From NCBI GenBank assembly GCA_016783445.1, contig JADHWO010000003.1:8427-72426 (forward strand): a stretch of 64,000 nt of DNA, read 5' to 3'. The stretch comes from Candidatus Aminicenantes bacterium. GTDB taxonomy: Bacteria; Acidobacteriota; Aminicenantia; Aminicenantales; Aminicenantaceae. The notes below the pieces were generated by a model. That model made no database searches and had not been told where the DNA came from. It saw only the letters and a list, made by a program, of their open reading frames with translations. The position numbers were made by a program, and so were the translations under genes. Below, piece by piece: positions 64,000 through 64,000 of this stretch (its first letter is position 1; the number at the start of each line of letters is the position of its first letter).

Positions 64000-64000
64000 C

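Overview
This 64 kb window is chromosomal DNA from an AT-rich bacterium with a Gram-negative-type envelope: it carries LPS, KDO and Mla genes and an Omp85-like barrel. Coding density is high, with many translationally coupled overlaps. It spans the replication-origin neighbourhood. dnaN and dnaA lie on the minus strand, and a cluster of DnaA boxes sits just upstream of dnaA. The right-hand end holds the classic yidC-jag-mnmE-mnmG-parA-parB block.

Left end: the tail of an Rnf operon (rnfA, rnfB, an RseC-like gene and a coupled Tat-signal protein). Next to it is a minus-strand operon encoding a TPR lipoprotein, a lipoprotein and a 987-aa secreted protein built from an HExxH metallopeptidase domain, a TolB-like propeller and an Omp85-like C-terminal barrel.

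Middle: folD, rpmB, rel, gmhB and waaF. An FmdB zinc-ribbon gene and a gene for a secreted Memo/AMMECR1 fusion each sit behind a copy of a ~170-190 nt MITE-like inverted-repeat element. Then lolB-like, ispE, tRNA-Gln(UUG), prs, rplY, pth, rpsF, rpsR, rplI (L25, S6 and L9 have long charged tails), dnaB, mlaEFD, radA, a YacL-like PIN/TRAM protein, ispD, ispF, gltX, glnS, rlmB, an ECF sigma/anti-sigma/YbjQ cluster, accA, hisS and aspS. A pair of secreted M16 peptidase genes follows, flanked by a 42-nt near-identical sequence and a GC-rich structured island.

Right half, all on the minus strand: a kinase-like/polytopic membrane protein, a fold-type-II PLP enzyme, manC-like and manB genes, the KDO cluster kdsC-kdsD-kdsA-pyrG-kdsB, a bactofilin, parB, parA, mnmG, mnmE and jag. 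yidC is interrupted by an apparent 1-nt frameshift in a short G-run.

No CRISPR array, rRNA gene or recognisable IS transposase is present. The calls most worth follow-up are the MITE-like element pair around the secreted Memo-AMMECR1 fusion, the peptidase-propeller-barrel outer-membrane protein operon, and the composite repeat/GC-island locus around the M16 peptidase operon. Those three are inferences from sequence inspection alone.
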